Source: an uncultured Gemmatimonadaceae bacterium (GTDB taxonomy: Bacteria > Gemmatimonadota > Gemmatimonadetes > Gemmatimonadales > Gemmatimonadaceae). Taken from it: DNA of 64,000 nt. Shown here piece after piece: positions 52,335 to 61,933 of this stretch. A program made the translations under genes and the position numbers. The notes beneath the pieces were generated by a model. The model was given only the letters and a program-made list of their open reading frames with translations. It was not told the DNA's origin and made no database searches. Location: assembly GCA_963843845.1 (NCBI GenBank), contig CAWJMB010000002.1:2688001-2752000 (forward strand), in the 5' to 3' direction. Every line of letters begins with the position of its first letter. Position 1 is the first letter of the stretch.

Positions 52335-53828
52335 CGCGATCCAGTCGATCAGCCGCCGCACGCGCGCCGTGTACGGGGGCCACACGAGGCCGAGCGTCGT
52401 CCACCGCGACTGCATCATGATCCCCTTCTTCTTCGAGAAGCGCTCGAAGCCGTCGAAGCCGTGATAGTGCCCCATCCCGCTCGCCCCGACGCCGCCGAAC
52501 GGCAGGTTGTCCTGCGCGATGTGGTAGAGGACGTCGTTCACGGTCACGCCCCCCGACGTGGTCCGGTGGAGCACGTGCCCGACGCGCGTCCGGTCGTCGT
52601 CGAAGTAGTAGAGTGCGAGCGGGCGCGGGCGCGCGTTCACGAACGCGATCGCGTCGTCGAGCGTGTCGTACGGCACGAGCGGCAACACCGGCCCGAAGAT
52701 CTCTTCCTGCATCACGGCCGCGTCGGCCGGCGGATCGAGCACGAGCGTCGGCGGGAAGACGTGATTCTCCGCCGTGAACGACTCGCGCGCCGGGTCGATC
52801 GTTCGCACCTCGGCGCCACGCCCGCGCGCGTCCTCCACGAGCGCGTCGAGCCGACGCCAGTGCGCGTCGTTCACGATGCGCGTGTAATCGCTCGCTCCCG
52901 TGAGCCTGGGATACCGCGACTCGGCGGAGCGCGCGGCGAGCGACGCGAACTCGCCGAGGCGGGCGCGCGGCACGAGCACGTAATCGGGCGCGATGCAGGT
53001 CTGCCCGCCGTTGTAGAGCTTTCCCATCACGATGCGCTCGACTGCCGTGGCGAGCGGCGCGCTCTCGTGGACGATCGCCGGCGACTTGCCGCCCAGCTCG
53101 AGCGTGACCGGCGTGAGATGCTCGCTCGCCGCGCGCATGACGAGGCGTCCCACGCGCGTCGAGCCGGTGAACACGAGATGATCGAGCGGCAGCGCCGAGA
53201 GCGCGGCGGCGACGTCGGCGCCCCCGGTCACGGTCGTGACGTACTCGGCGGGAAACCGCTCGGCGAGCGCGCGCGCGATCAGCTCGGCCGTCCGCGGCGC
53301 GAGCTCGCTGGGCTTGACGATCGCGTGATTGCCGGCGGCGACCGCGCCGATGAGCGGCGACAGCGTGAGGAGGATCGGGTAGTTCCACGCCCCGATGATG
53401 CCGACGACGCCCAACGGCTGATAGCGCACGTGCGCCGTCGCCGGCAGCAGAAAGATCGAGGGCATCACCCGCCGCGGCCGCATCCACTGCCGGAGCTTCC
53501 GCCGCGCGTGGCGGATCTCCTCGCGCAGCGGCGTCAGCTCCAACAGCAAGGTCTCCTCGCGCGCCCGCCCGCCGAAATCCGCCGAGACGGCGTCGATGAA
53601 GGCGTCGCGATGCGTGCGGACGAGATCGTCGAGTGCCCGCAGCGACTCCAGCCGACGCGCGTAGCCCGGCGGTCCGGCCGCGAAGGCCGCACGTTGCGCG
53701 TCGAGGATCGACGCGAGCGCCCCGTCGAGCGCGGGAGACGCGTGCGCGAGCGCGTCCGCGATCGCGTTCGCGTTCGCCGGTGGACTCGTTCGTGATGTTC
53801 GGTGTATATTCGGAGACGACGTATGCAC
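52329..53828 (-). CDS. Aldehyde dehydrogenase (coniferyl aldehyde DH / ALDH3-like); start uncertain
   Basis: QPLGVVGIIGAWNYP, KPSE, FTGS, TLELGGKSP, GQTCIAPDY, EEIFGP, PFGGVGASGMGHYHG. Confidence 0.92.
   Translation of the reverse strand: MHTSSPNIHRTSRTSPPANANAIADALAHASPALDGALASILDAQRAAFAAGPPGYARRLESLRALDDLVRTHRDAFIDAVSADFGGRAREETLLLELTPLREEIRHARRKLRQWMRPRRVMPSIFLLPATAHVRYQPLGVVGIIGAWNYPILLTLSPLIGAVAAGNHAIVKPSELAPRTAELIARALAERFPAEYVTTVTGGADVAAALSALPLDHLVFTGSTRVGRLVMRAASEHLTPVTLELGGKSPAIVHESAPLATAVERIVMGKLYNGGQTCIAPDYVLVPRARLGEFASLAARSAESRYPRLTGASDYTRIVNDAHWRRLDALVEDARGRGAEVRTIDPARESFTAENHVFPPTLVLDPPADAAVMQEEIFGPVLPLVPYDTLDDAIAFVNARPRPLALYYFDDDRTRVGHVLHRTTSGGVTVNDVLYHIAQDNLPFGGVGASGMGHYHGFDGFERFSKKKGIMMQSRWTTLGLVWPPYTARVRRLIDWIAR
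53797..53813 (+). promoter_or_regulatory. Candidate DNA-damage operator GTTCGG-N5-ATTCGG overlapping -10 (TATATT)
   Basis: GTTCGGtgtatATTCGG, 28 nt upstream of the radical SAM ATG. Confidence 0.6.
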
Positions 53829-53841
53829 CGGGGAGGGGCGG

Positions 53842-55136
53842 ATGGGGCTGGAGCTGCGGGACAAGCTGGCGATTCTGAGCGACGCCGCAAAGTACGACGC
53901 GAGTTGCGCGAGCAGCGGGTCGAAGGGACGGCGCGCGAAGAACGGCGGCATCGGATCGACCGAAGGCATGGGCATCTGCCACAGCTATACGCCCGGACGG
54001 GCGCTGCGTGTCGCTGCTCAAGATCCTCCTGACGAACTGGTGCATCTACGACTGCGCGTACTGCATCAACCGCCGGTCGAGCGGCGTGCGGCGCGCCCGC
54101 TTCACGCCCGACGAAGTCGTCTGGCTCACGCTCGAGTTCTACCGCCGGAACTACATCGAGGGGCTGTTCCTCAGCTCGGGCATCATCCGCACGCCGGACT
54201 ACACGATGGAGCAGCTCGTGCGCGTCGCGCGCACGCTGCGCGTCGACCACGACTTCGCCGGCTACATCCACCTCAAGGTCATCCCGAACGCGTCGCCCGA
54301 GCTGGTGGCCGAGGCGGGGCGGTGGGCCGATCGCGTCAGCGTGAACGTCGAGCTGCCGCGGCAGGAGGATCTCGACCGGCTCGCGCCGGACAAGGAGCTC
54401 GTGCAGATCCGGCGCGCGATGGAGCGGGCTGCGCGACCGCATCGCCGAGGCGAAGGCCGACGAGCAGGCGGCGAGCAAGATCTCGTCGCTGCCGACCACG
54501 TCGGCCGAGCCGCCGCGCTTCGCGCCTGCCGGCCAGAGCACGCAGCTCGTCGTCGGCGCGACCGAGGCGACCGACGCGACGATCCTCGAGCTCTCGTCGA
54601 CGCTCTACGCGACGCAGCGACTGCGCCGAGTCTACTACTCCGCGTTCTCGCCGATTCCGGACGCGTCGACGACGCTGCCGGTCATCGCGCCGCCGCTCGT
54701 CCGCGAGCACCGCCTCTATCAGGCCGACTGGCTGCTCCGCTTCTACGGCTTCGAGGTCGGCGAGCTGACGACGGCGCAGGCGCCGAACCTCGAGCTCGCG
54801 ATCGACCCGAAGCTCGCGTGGGCGCTGCGCAACTGCGCGCTCTTCCCGCTCGACGTCAATCGCGCGTCGCGCGACGAGCTGTTGCGCGTGCCCGGGCTCG
54901 GCGTGCGGAGCGTCGACCGCATCATCGCGGCGCGGCGGTGGCGGCGCGTGCGCGTCGCCGACCTCGCGCGACTGCGGGTCCCGTTGGGCCGCACCCTGCC
55001 GTTCATCGAGACGATCGACCACGTGCCGCGCGGCGTCGCGACGCCCGACTCGGCCGTGCTCCGACGCGTGATCGTCCCGGACCGACAGCTCGATCTGTTC
55101 GGCGTCGCGGCGAGCGCGCGCACCGGCGAGCTGTAG
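53842..55136 (+). CDS. Putative DNA modification/repair radical SAM protein (TIGR03916-type; frameshifts near 53993 and 54427)
   Basis: KLAILSDAAKYDASCASSG, GICHS, LLTNWCIYDCAYC, NYIEGLFLSSG, PAGQSTQ, RVYYSAFSP, REHRLYQADWL, HhH LLRVPGLG, QLDLF. Confidence 0.93.
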
Positions 55137-55143
55137 CCCCGCG

Positions 55144-57141
55144 GTGCGCTCGGCGGAGTTCGCGGGCGGCTTCGCCGGCTGGCGCAGCGCCGCGCGCGCG
55201 CTGTTGATCGCGGAGTGCGAGCCCGCGTGCGTGGTGTGGCGACCGGTCGAGAGCGGTCAGTGGTCGCTCCTGCCGCTCGCACACGTCGGCGACGCCGAGC
55301 CGAACGGTCTCGCGGGGCCGCGCGACCCGGCGAGCGTTGCAGCTGCTGCGCCGACGGGTCCGCCGCGCGTGCCTCGCGACTTCCTGACGCTCGCGGCGGC
55401 CGTCGCCTGCCATCGCGACGGGTCGCGGTGGGACACGTTGTACCGCGTGCTCTGGCGCCTCACCCACGGCGAGCCCGCGCTGCTCGACGTGCTCACGGAT
55501 CCGGACGTGCACCGACTCGAGGCGATGCGCCGTGCCGTGAAGCGCGCCGTGCACAAGATGCACGCGTTCGTGCGCTTCCGGTCGGTCCACACCGAGCGGG
55601 GCCCCGAGTACGTCGCGTGGTTCGAGCCGGCGCACGACGTCGTCGAGCGGGCGACGCCGTTCTTCGCGCGGCGCTTCGCGGCGATGCGCTGGACGATTCT
55701 CACGCCCGAGCGCTGCGCGCAGTGGGACGGCGACGCGCTTCGCTTCTCGGCCGGTGTCACGCGCGACGCGGCGCCGGCGAGCGACTCGCTCGAAGAGCTG
55801 TGGCGCACGTACTACACGCACATCTTCAACCCTGCGCGTCTCGCCCTCGGCACGATGCGGGCGGAGATGCCGAAGCAGTACTGGGCGAACCTGCCGGAGG
55901 CGCGTCTCATCGGGCCGCTCGCGCGCGACGCCGCATCGCGCGTGCGCGCGATGCTCGCGCAGATCGAAGCGCCGGCGGAGTCGATTCCCGACGAGATGCG
56001 AGCGCGGGCGGGCGCGGAGCGCGAGCGACGCTTCGAGGCGCGGCGCGACGCACCGCTCGGCAGGCCGGCCGTTCGCCGCACGGCGGACCCGGCGTATCTC
56101 GCCCTGCCGAACGCGTGGGATCCGGTCCACGACCCGGGGACCGTCACCGCGCACGCGCGAGACGCCGCCGTTCCGCACGACGCACCAGCGGGGCTGGTGC
56201 TCGACGGCGTCCACGTGGCGCACGGCGTGGCGGGATGGACGGATCCGTCGCTGCTCGCGCCCGGCGTGTTCTACCCGCCCGACGCGACGACGCCGGAAGC
56301 GCGGCTCCGCTACTACGCGTCGCGCTACCCGATGGTCGAGGTCGATGCGACGTACTACGCGCTGCCCGCGCGCTCGACGGCCGCGGCGTGGGCGGACCGG
56401 ACGCCGCCGCACTTCACCTTCGACGTGAAGGCGTTCGCGCTCACGACGACGCACGCGACCGAGCTGCGCCGGCTTCCCGACTGGCTGCGCCGCGCGCTGC
56501 CGTCGCGGCTCGCCGACTCGGCGCTCGTGTCCGGCCTCGACCTGCCGGACGAGCTGCGGGCCGAGCTGTGGCGGCGCTTCCTCTCGGCGCTCGAGCCGCT
56601 CCGGTCGGTGAACAAGCTCGGCGCGATCTACCTCCAGTTTCCGCGCTGGTTCCAGCCGTCGCCGTCGGCGGCACGCTATCTCCGCTGGACGCGCGAGCAG
56701 CTCGGCGACGCGGTCGGCGCGGTCGAGTTCCGCAACCCGGCGTGGATGGCCGAGCGCGTCGGGCCCCGCACCCTCGGCCTGTTGCGCGACCTCGAGCTGG
56801 CGTACACGATCGTCGACGCGCCGCCGGGCACGCGCAGCTCCATGCCGCCGACGGTCGCCGTGACGTCGCCGACGCTCATCGTGCTGCGACTGCACGGGCG
56901 TCGCACCGCGACGTGGGAGGCGCGCAACGACCCGGTCTCCGAACGATATCGCTACCTCTACGACCGCGACGAGCTGTCGTTCTGGGCCCCGCGCATCCGC
57001 GACGCGATCGCGAGCGCCCGCGCGGCGAGCGCGCTTCCGCGCGTGCGGCTGTCGTTCAACAACAACCACGCGAACTACGGCGCGGTGAACGCACGCGAGC
57101 TCGCGTCGATGCTCGTGGACGAGGGGGCCGCGATCGTCTGA
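55144..57141 (+). CDS. DUF4130 (TIGR03915-type) domain fused to DUF72
   Basis: N-half FAGWRSAARALL, HKMHAFVRF, WFEPAHDVV, LWRTYYTHIFNPAR, EMPKQYWANLPEA; C-half GVAGWTD, LRYYASRYPMVEVDATYY, FDVKA, LQFP, VEFRN, RLHGR, RYRYLY, FNN. Confidence 0.88.
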   Translation: MRSAEFAGGFAGWRSAARALLIAECEPACVVWRPVESGQWSLLPLAHVGDAEPNGLAGPRDPASVAAAAPTGPPRVPRDFLTLAAAVACHRDGSRWDTLYRVLWRLTHGEPALLDVLTDPDVHRLEAMRRAVKRAVHKMHAFVRFRSVHTERGPEYVAWFEPAHDVVERATPFFARRFAAMRWTILTPERCAQWDGDALRFSAGVTRDAAPASDSLEELWRTYYTHIFNPARLALGTMRAEMPKQYWANLPEARLIGPLARDAASRVRAMLAQIEAPAESIPDEMRARAGAERERRFEARRDAPLGRPAVRRTADPAYLALPNAWDPVHDPGTVTAHARDAAVPHDAPAGLVLDGVHVAHGVAGWTDPSLLAPGVFYPPDATTPEARLRYYASRYPMVEVDATYYALPARSTAAAWADRTPPHFTFDVKAFALTTTHATELRRLPDWLRRALPSRLADSALVSGLDLPDELRAELWRRFLSALEPLRSVNKLGAIYLQFPRWFQPSPSAARYLRWTREQLGDAVGAVEFRNPAWMAERVGPRTLGLLRDLELAYTIVDAPPGTRSSMPPTVAVTSPTLIVLRLHGRRTATWEARNDPVSERYRYLYDRDELSFWAPRIRDAIASARAASALPRVRLSFNNNHANYGAVNARELASMLVDEGAAIV

Positions 57142-57200
57142 GACGGTTCCGCGAGAGCCGCCGAACTATCCACGCTCCGACCCGGCGTATCTTCCGACGC

Positions 57201-60143
57201 ATGCCACGCCGACCCGTCACAGCCGCCGAGCCCGCGCCGCGCCCCGAAGACCTCCCGCTGCACGACGACGTCCGCCGCCTCGCCGCGACGTTAGGCCGCG
57301 TCATCCGACGTCTCGAAGGGGACGCGGCGTTCGAGACCGTCGAGGCGCTGCGCCGCGCCTGCCGCGCGCGCCGGCGCGGCGCCGCGAATGCGACCGACCT
57401 GGACGCGCTGCTCGCGCAGGTCGACGCGCTGCCGGTCGAGCTGTGCGCGATCACGGCACGCGCGTTCACGCTGTTCTTCCTGCTCATCAACACCGCGGAG
57501 CAGGTGCACCGCGTGCGGCGTCGCGAGAGCTATCGGTCGCAGACGACCGACGCGCTGCAGCCTGCGTCGGCGCGGTGGACGATGCGCGAGCTGCGCGAGC
57601 GCGGCTGCACCGCACACGACGTCGCCGACTCGATCGCCGCGCTCGAGGTGCGCCCGGTGCTCACCGCGCACCCGACCGAGTCGACGCGCCGCACGCTGCT
57701 GGGGCTGCAGGCGCGCGTCGCCGACCTGTTGCTCCGCCGCGAGCGCGCCCCGTCGAGCGAGCTGGCGTCTCTCGACGACGCGCTCGACGGTGAGGTCGAA
57801 CTGCTCTGGCTGACGGCGGAGGTGCGGCGCGAGCGACCGTCGGTGCTCGACGAAGTCGGCACGGTGCTCTGGTATCTCGAGACCCGCCTGCTCGACGCCG
57901 GCGCGCGCACGCAGGACGCGCTCGTCCGTGCCTTCGAGAGCGAGTTCGTCGCGTCGCGCGAGGATGTCGACCGCGTCCGGCAGAGCGTGCCGCTGCGCTT
58001 CGGCAACTGGGTCGGCGGCGACCGCGACGGCAACCCGTTCGTGACGCCCGAGGTGACGATCGCCGCCGCGCGCCGCGCGAGCCACGTGATCCTCGGGCGC
58101 TACGGCGAGGCGGTCGATCGGCTCGTCGAGCGGCTCTCGGTGGCAGCGCACATCGCGCAGCACCTCGCGTCGCACGTCGCGTCGCACGGCACCGGTGCGC
58201 ACGAGACCACGTCCGCGGCGCTGCGCGCGTCGCTCGACTCGGACCGTGCGGCACTGCCGGATGTCTGGGCCGCGAACGAGCGCCGGAACGCCGACGAGCC
58301 GCTGCGCCTCAAGCTCACGCTCGTCGCCGCGCGACTCGACGCCACGCGCCGCCGCGTGGCGTCGCGCGACGCCGGCGCGCCGATCGCCGCGCCCGCCGCG
58401 TACGACGACGCCGCGGCATTCGAGCGTGATCTGCTGCTCGTGCGCGACTACCTGCTCGCGATCGGCGCGATCGAGGCGTGCCGCACGACGCTCGACCCGC
58501 TGCTCACCCAGCTCCGCGCCTGCGGCTTCTACGGCTTCCGCCTCGACGTGCGCGACCACGCCGACGCGCACGCGGCGGCCGTCGCGGAGCTCGCGGCGCA
58601 GGCGGGGATCGACGTGCCTGCTCCTGTACCGAGCGACCCGTCCGACCGCACGGCCGGCGCGTCGGCCTGGCTGCGGCGCGAGGCGCTCGGCCGTCGCCCG
58701 CTGAGCGGCGTGCACATGCCCGTCAGCGACGCGACGCGCCGCGTGCTCGACACGTTCGCCGCGGTCCGCACGATCCAGCACGAGAGCGGCGAGCCCGCCG
58801 CGTCGACGTACATCACGTCGATGACGACGTCACCCGACGACCTGCTTCGCGTGCTGCTCCTCGCGCGCGACGCCGGCCTCGTCGACCTCGCCGCGGACCC
58901 GCCGACGTCACGGCTCGACGTCGTGCCGCTGTTCGAGACGCTCGACGACCTCCGCCACGCGCCGGACGTGCTGCGCGCGCTGTTCGCCGACGACGCCTAC
59001 GCCCGACAGCTCGCGGCGCGCGGGCGCCGGCAGGAGGTCATGATCGGCTACTCCGACTCGGGAAAGGACGCGGGCATGCTCGCGTCGTCGTGGGCGCTGT
59101 ACGAGGGGCAGGAGGCGCTCGCCGCGGTGTGCCGCGAGCACGGCGTGACGCTCCGACTCTTTCACGGCCGCGGCGGAAGCGTCGGGCGCGGCGGCGGCTC
59201 GCCGGTCTACCGCGCGCTCGCCGCCCTGCCGCCCGACGGCGGCGGCGGCCGGGTCAAGATCACGGAGCAGGGCGAGATCATCTCCCAGCAGTTCGGCCTC
59301 CCGCCGATCGCCGAGCGCACGCTCGAGGTCACCCTGAGCGGCACGCTGCTGCACGGGTTCACGGACTGGCGCGACGGCGTCGCCGAGGAGGACGTCGCGC
59401 GCTTCCGCGACACGATGGCGGCGCTCGCCACGCGCTCGCTCGACGTGTACCGCGCGCTCGTGCACGAGGGCGACGCGCTGTTCGCGTTCTTTCTCGCCGC
59501 GACACCGGTCGCCGAGCTGGCGGCGGCGCGCTTCGGCTCGCGTCCGGCGTACCGCCCTGGCGCCGGGTCCGGCGTCGGAGGCATCCGTGCCATTCCCTGG
59601 CAGTTCGGATGGACGCAGATCCGCCTCATGCTCCCCGGCTGGCTCGGCGTCGGCACCGCGCTGAGCGAGTTCATCGACGCCCCGAACGGTCTCGAGACGC
59701 TGCGACGGATGGCGCGCACGTGGCCGTTCTTCGACGACCTGCTCGCGAAGATCGAGATGGTGTGCGAGAAAGCCGACCTCGCGATCGCGCGCCTCTACGC
59801 CGAGCAGCTCGCCGCCGCGGCACCGAGCGGCTCGGGCGACGCGGGCGACGCGGGCGACGCGGGCGACGCGCTCGCGCTGTTCGATGCGCTCGCCGCGGAG
59901 TACGATCGCACCGTTGGCGCGCTGCTGCGCATCCGCGACTCGGACCACCTCATCGCGGACTCGGCCGTGCTGCGTGCGGCGATCACGCTCCGCAACCCGT
60001 ACGTCGACGCGCTCTCGCTGCTGCAGGTGTCGTTGCTCAAGCGCAAGCGTGCGGCGTCGAACGACGCGGAGCGTGCAGCGATCGAGCCGGCGGTCGCGGC
60101 GACGCTCAGCGGCATCGCGCAGGGACTACGCAACACCGGCTGA
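57201..60143 (+). CDS. ppc: Phosphoenolpyruvate carboxylase
   Basis: VLTAHPTE, WVGGDRDGNP, VVPLFET, QEVMIGYSDSGKD, FHGRGGSVGRGG, RAIPW, LRNPY, GLRNTG. Confidence 0.97.
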   Translation: MPRRPVTAAEPAPRPEDLPLHDDVRRLAATLGRVIRRLEGDAAFETVEALRRACRARRRGAANATDLDALLAQVDALPVELCAITARAFTLFFLLINTAEQVHRVRRRESYRSQTTDALQPASARWTMRELRERGCTAHDVADSIAALEVRPVLTAHPTESTRRTLLGLQARVADLLLRRERAPSSELASLDDALDGEVELLWLTAEVRRERPSVLDEVGTVLWYLETRLLDAGARTQDALVRAFESEFVASREDVDRVRQSVPLRFGNWVGGDRDGNPFVTPEVTIAAARRASHVILGRYGEAVDRLVERLSVAAHIAQHLASHVASHGTGAHETTSAALRASLDSDRAALPDVWAANERRNADEPLRLKLTLVAARLDATRRRVASRDAGAPIAAPAAYDDAAAFERDLLLVRDYLLAIGAIEACRTTLDPLLTQLRACGFYGFRLDVRDHADAHAAAVAELAAQAGIDVPAPVPSDPSDRTAGASAWLRREALGRRPLSGVHMPVSDATRRVLDTFAAVRTIQHESGEPAASTYITSMTTSPDDLLRVLLLARDAGLVDLAADPPTSRLDVVPLFETLDDLRHAPDVLRALFADDAYARQLAARGRRQEVMIGYSDSGKDAGMLASSWALYEGQEALAAVCREHGVTLRLFHGRGGSVGRGGGSPVYRALAALPPDGGGGRVKITEQGEIISQQFGLPPIAERTLEVTLSGTLLHGFTDWRDGVAEEDVARFRDTMAALATRSLDVYRALVHEGDALFAFFLAATPVAELAAARFGSRPAYRPGAGSGVGGIRAIPWQFGWTQIRLMLPGWLGVGTALSEFIDAPNGLETLRRMARTWPFFDDLLAKIEMVCEKADLAIARLYAEQLAAAAPSGSGDAGDAGDAGDALALFDALAAEYDRTVGALLRIRDSDHLIADSAVLRAAITLRNPYVDALSLLQVSLLKRKRAASNDAERAAIEPAVAATLSGIAQGLRNTG

Positions 60144-61867
60144 CGCGCGCGCCGCGCGTTCGAGCGCCGCGACCGGCGCCGCGACCGGCGCCGCGATCGG
60201 CGCCGCGACCGGCGCCGCGACCGGCACCTCGATCGGCACCTCGATCGGCGCGGCGATCGTCCGCTCCTTCGCCGGCACGAGGCTCATCGCGTACTCGGCG
60301 AGCGCGGTGATCGTGAGGCTCGGATTGACGCCCGGGTTGCCGGGCATGATCGAGCCGTCGACGACGAACAGGCCGGGGTACCCGTGCACCTCGAGGGTGG
60401 GCCCGACGACGCCGTCCTGCACGTCGACGCCGATCGGGCAGCCGCCGAGGATGTGCGCGGTCATCGGGATGCCGAACAGTCCTTCGTTCACCGAGCCCGA
60501 GGCGATGCCGTTCGTGCGCGCCGCGAACTCGCGCGCCACGCGGTGCCCGATCTCGATCGTCGTCGGGATGCTCCGCTCCTCGTCGGGCAGCGACACCAGG
60601 TCGCGCCGCCCGAACGTGAACGGGCTGCGCCCCAGCCGCAGCCGGATGCGGTTGTCCTCGGTCTGCATGACGAGCAGGATCGTCGTGCGCTTCGCCCACC
60701 CCGGAAGCACGTGCGTGCGCAGGAAGTCCACCGGGTGGCGGACGACCGCGGCCAGCGATCTCGCCACGCGGGCCGCGACCGTGTCAGCTGCAACGAGCGG
60801 CGCGCCGAGCAGGCGCATCGCCGACGAGCCGGCGGGATAGCGCACCGGCTCGACGGTCGTCACCGGGTCGGCGTGAAAGATCGACGTGATCGCGACGCCC
60901 GCCGAATAGTCGGTCGTTCGGTCGCGGCTCACGACGCCGAGCAGCGCCTCGCTGTTCGTGCGGACCATGTCGCCGAGCCGCGGCGACAGACCGCCGAGCG
61001 ACCGCGTGACGTCGCGGCAGCGCAGCAGCAGGCGGAGCGTGCCCAACGCACCGGCCGCGAAGACGACGTGGCGCGCCCGCACGACGCGCGCCTCACGAGA
61101 GAAGAGGCCGGTGCTGCGTCGGTACTCGACGTCGTAGCGAACGTCGTTCTCCCGCGGACCGCACGAAGGGCGCACGTCGCGCACCTCGCACTCCGCACGT
61201 ACCTCGGCGCCGGCGCGCTCGGCGAACCAGAGATAGTTCTTGACCAGCGTGTTCTTCGCGTTGTGGCGACAGCCGACCATGCAGCCGCCGCAGTGCACGC
61301 AGCCGCGGCGCGACGGCCCCTCGCCGCCGAAGTAGGGATCCGGGACCTCGACGCCCTCCTGCCCCGCCACGCCGAAGAACGCGCCGACCGGCGTCGCACG
61401 AAACGTCGCCGCGGCGCCCAACGTCGTCGCGATGTCGCGCAGCACGTCGTCCGCCGGCCCGAAGCGCGGGTTGTCCGCGACGCCGAGCATGCGGCGCGCG
61501 GTGGCGTAGTGCGGTGCCAGCGCACGCCCCCAGTCGACGAGGTATCTCCACGCCGGCGCCTCGAACGTCCGCGCCTCCGGTGCCATGAGCACGTTCGCGT
61601 AGCCGAGGCTTCCCCGCCGACGCCGGCGCCGTGCAGCACGACGACATTGCGGAACGGACTGATCTGGAGGATGCCGAAGCAGCGCAGCGCCGGCGCCCAC
61701 AGGTACCGACGCACGTTCCACGTGCTCCGCGCGAAGTCCTCGTCGCGGTAGCGCTTTCCCCGCTCGAGCACGAGCACACGGTACCCCTTCTCGGCGAGCC
61801 GCATCGCGGAGACGCTGCCGCCGAACCCGGAGCCGATGACGACGTAATCGAAGGTGTCCTCGCGCAT
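60126..61867 (-). CDS. GMC oxidoreductase, cholesterol oxidase (ChoD)-like (frameshift near 61613)
   Basis: DYVVIGSGFGGSVSAMRL, CVHCGGCMVGCRHNAKNTL, TAHILGGC, VVDGS, NPGVNPSLTITALAE. Confidence 0.9.
60165..60258. repeat. 12-bp tandem repeat (GCCGCGACCGGC-like, about 8 degenerate copies) at the ppc/GMC junction
   Basis: Encodes IAAP-IEVP-IEVP-VAAP-VAAP-IAAP-VAAP-VAAL in the GMC tail. Confidence 0.8.
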
Positions 61868-61933
61868 GTCGCATGAAAGGTTGCCGCACGGTGCGGCTTG
61901 CGCCACGCCGGTCGGCCGCGTTCGATTGCCGCC

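Noticed and set aside
55215..57200. 1642-aa giant PEP carboxylase
   Set aside because: The upstream part is an off-frame shadow of the DUF4130-DUF72 gene; Ppc begins at 57201.
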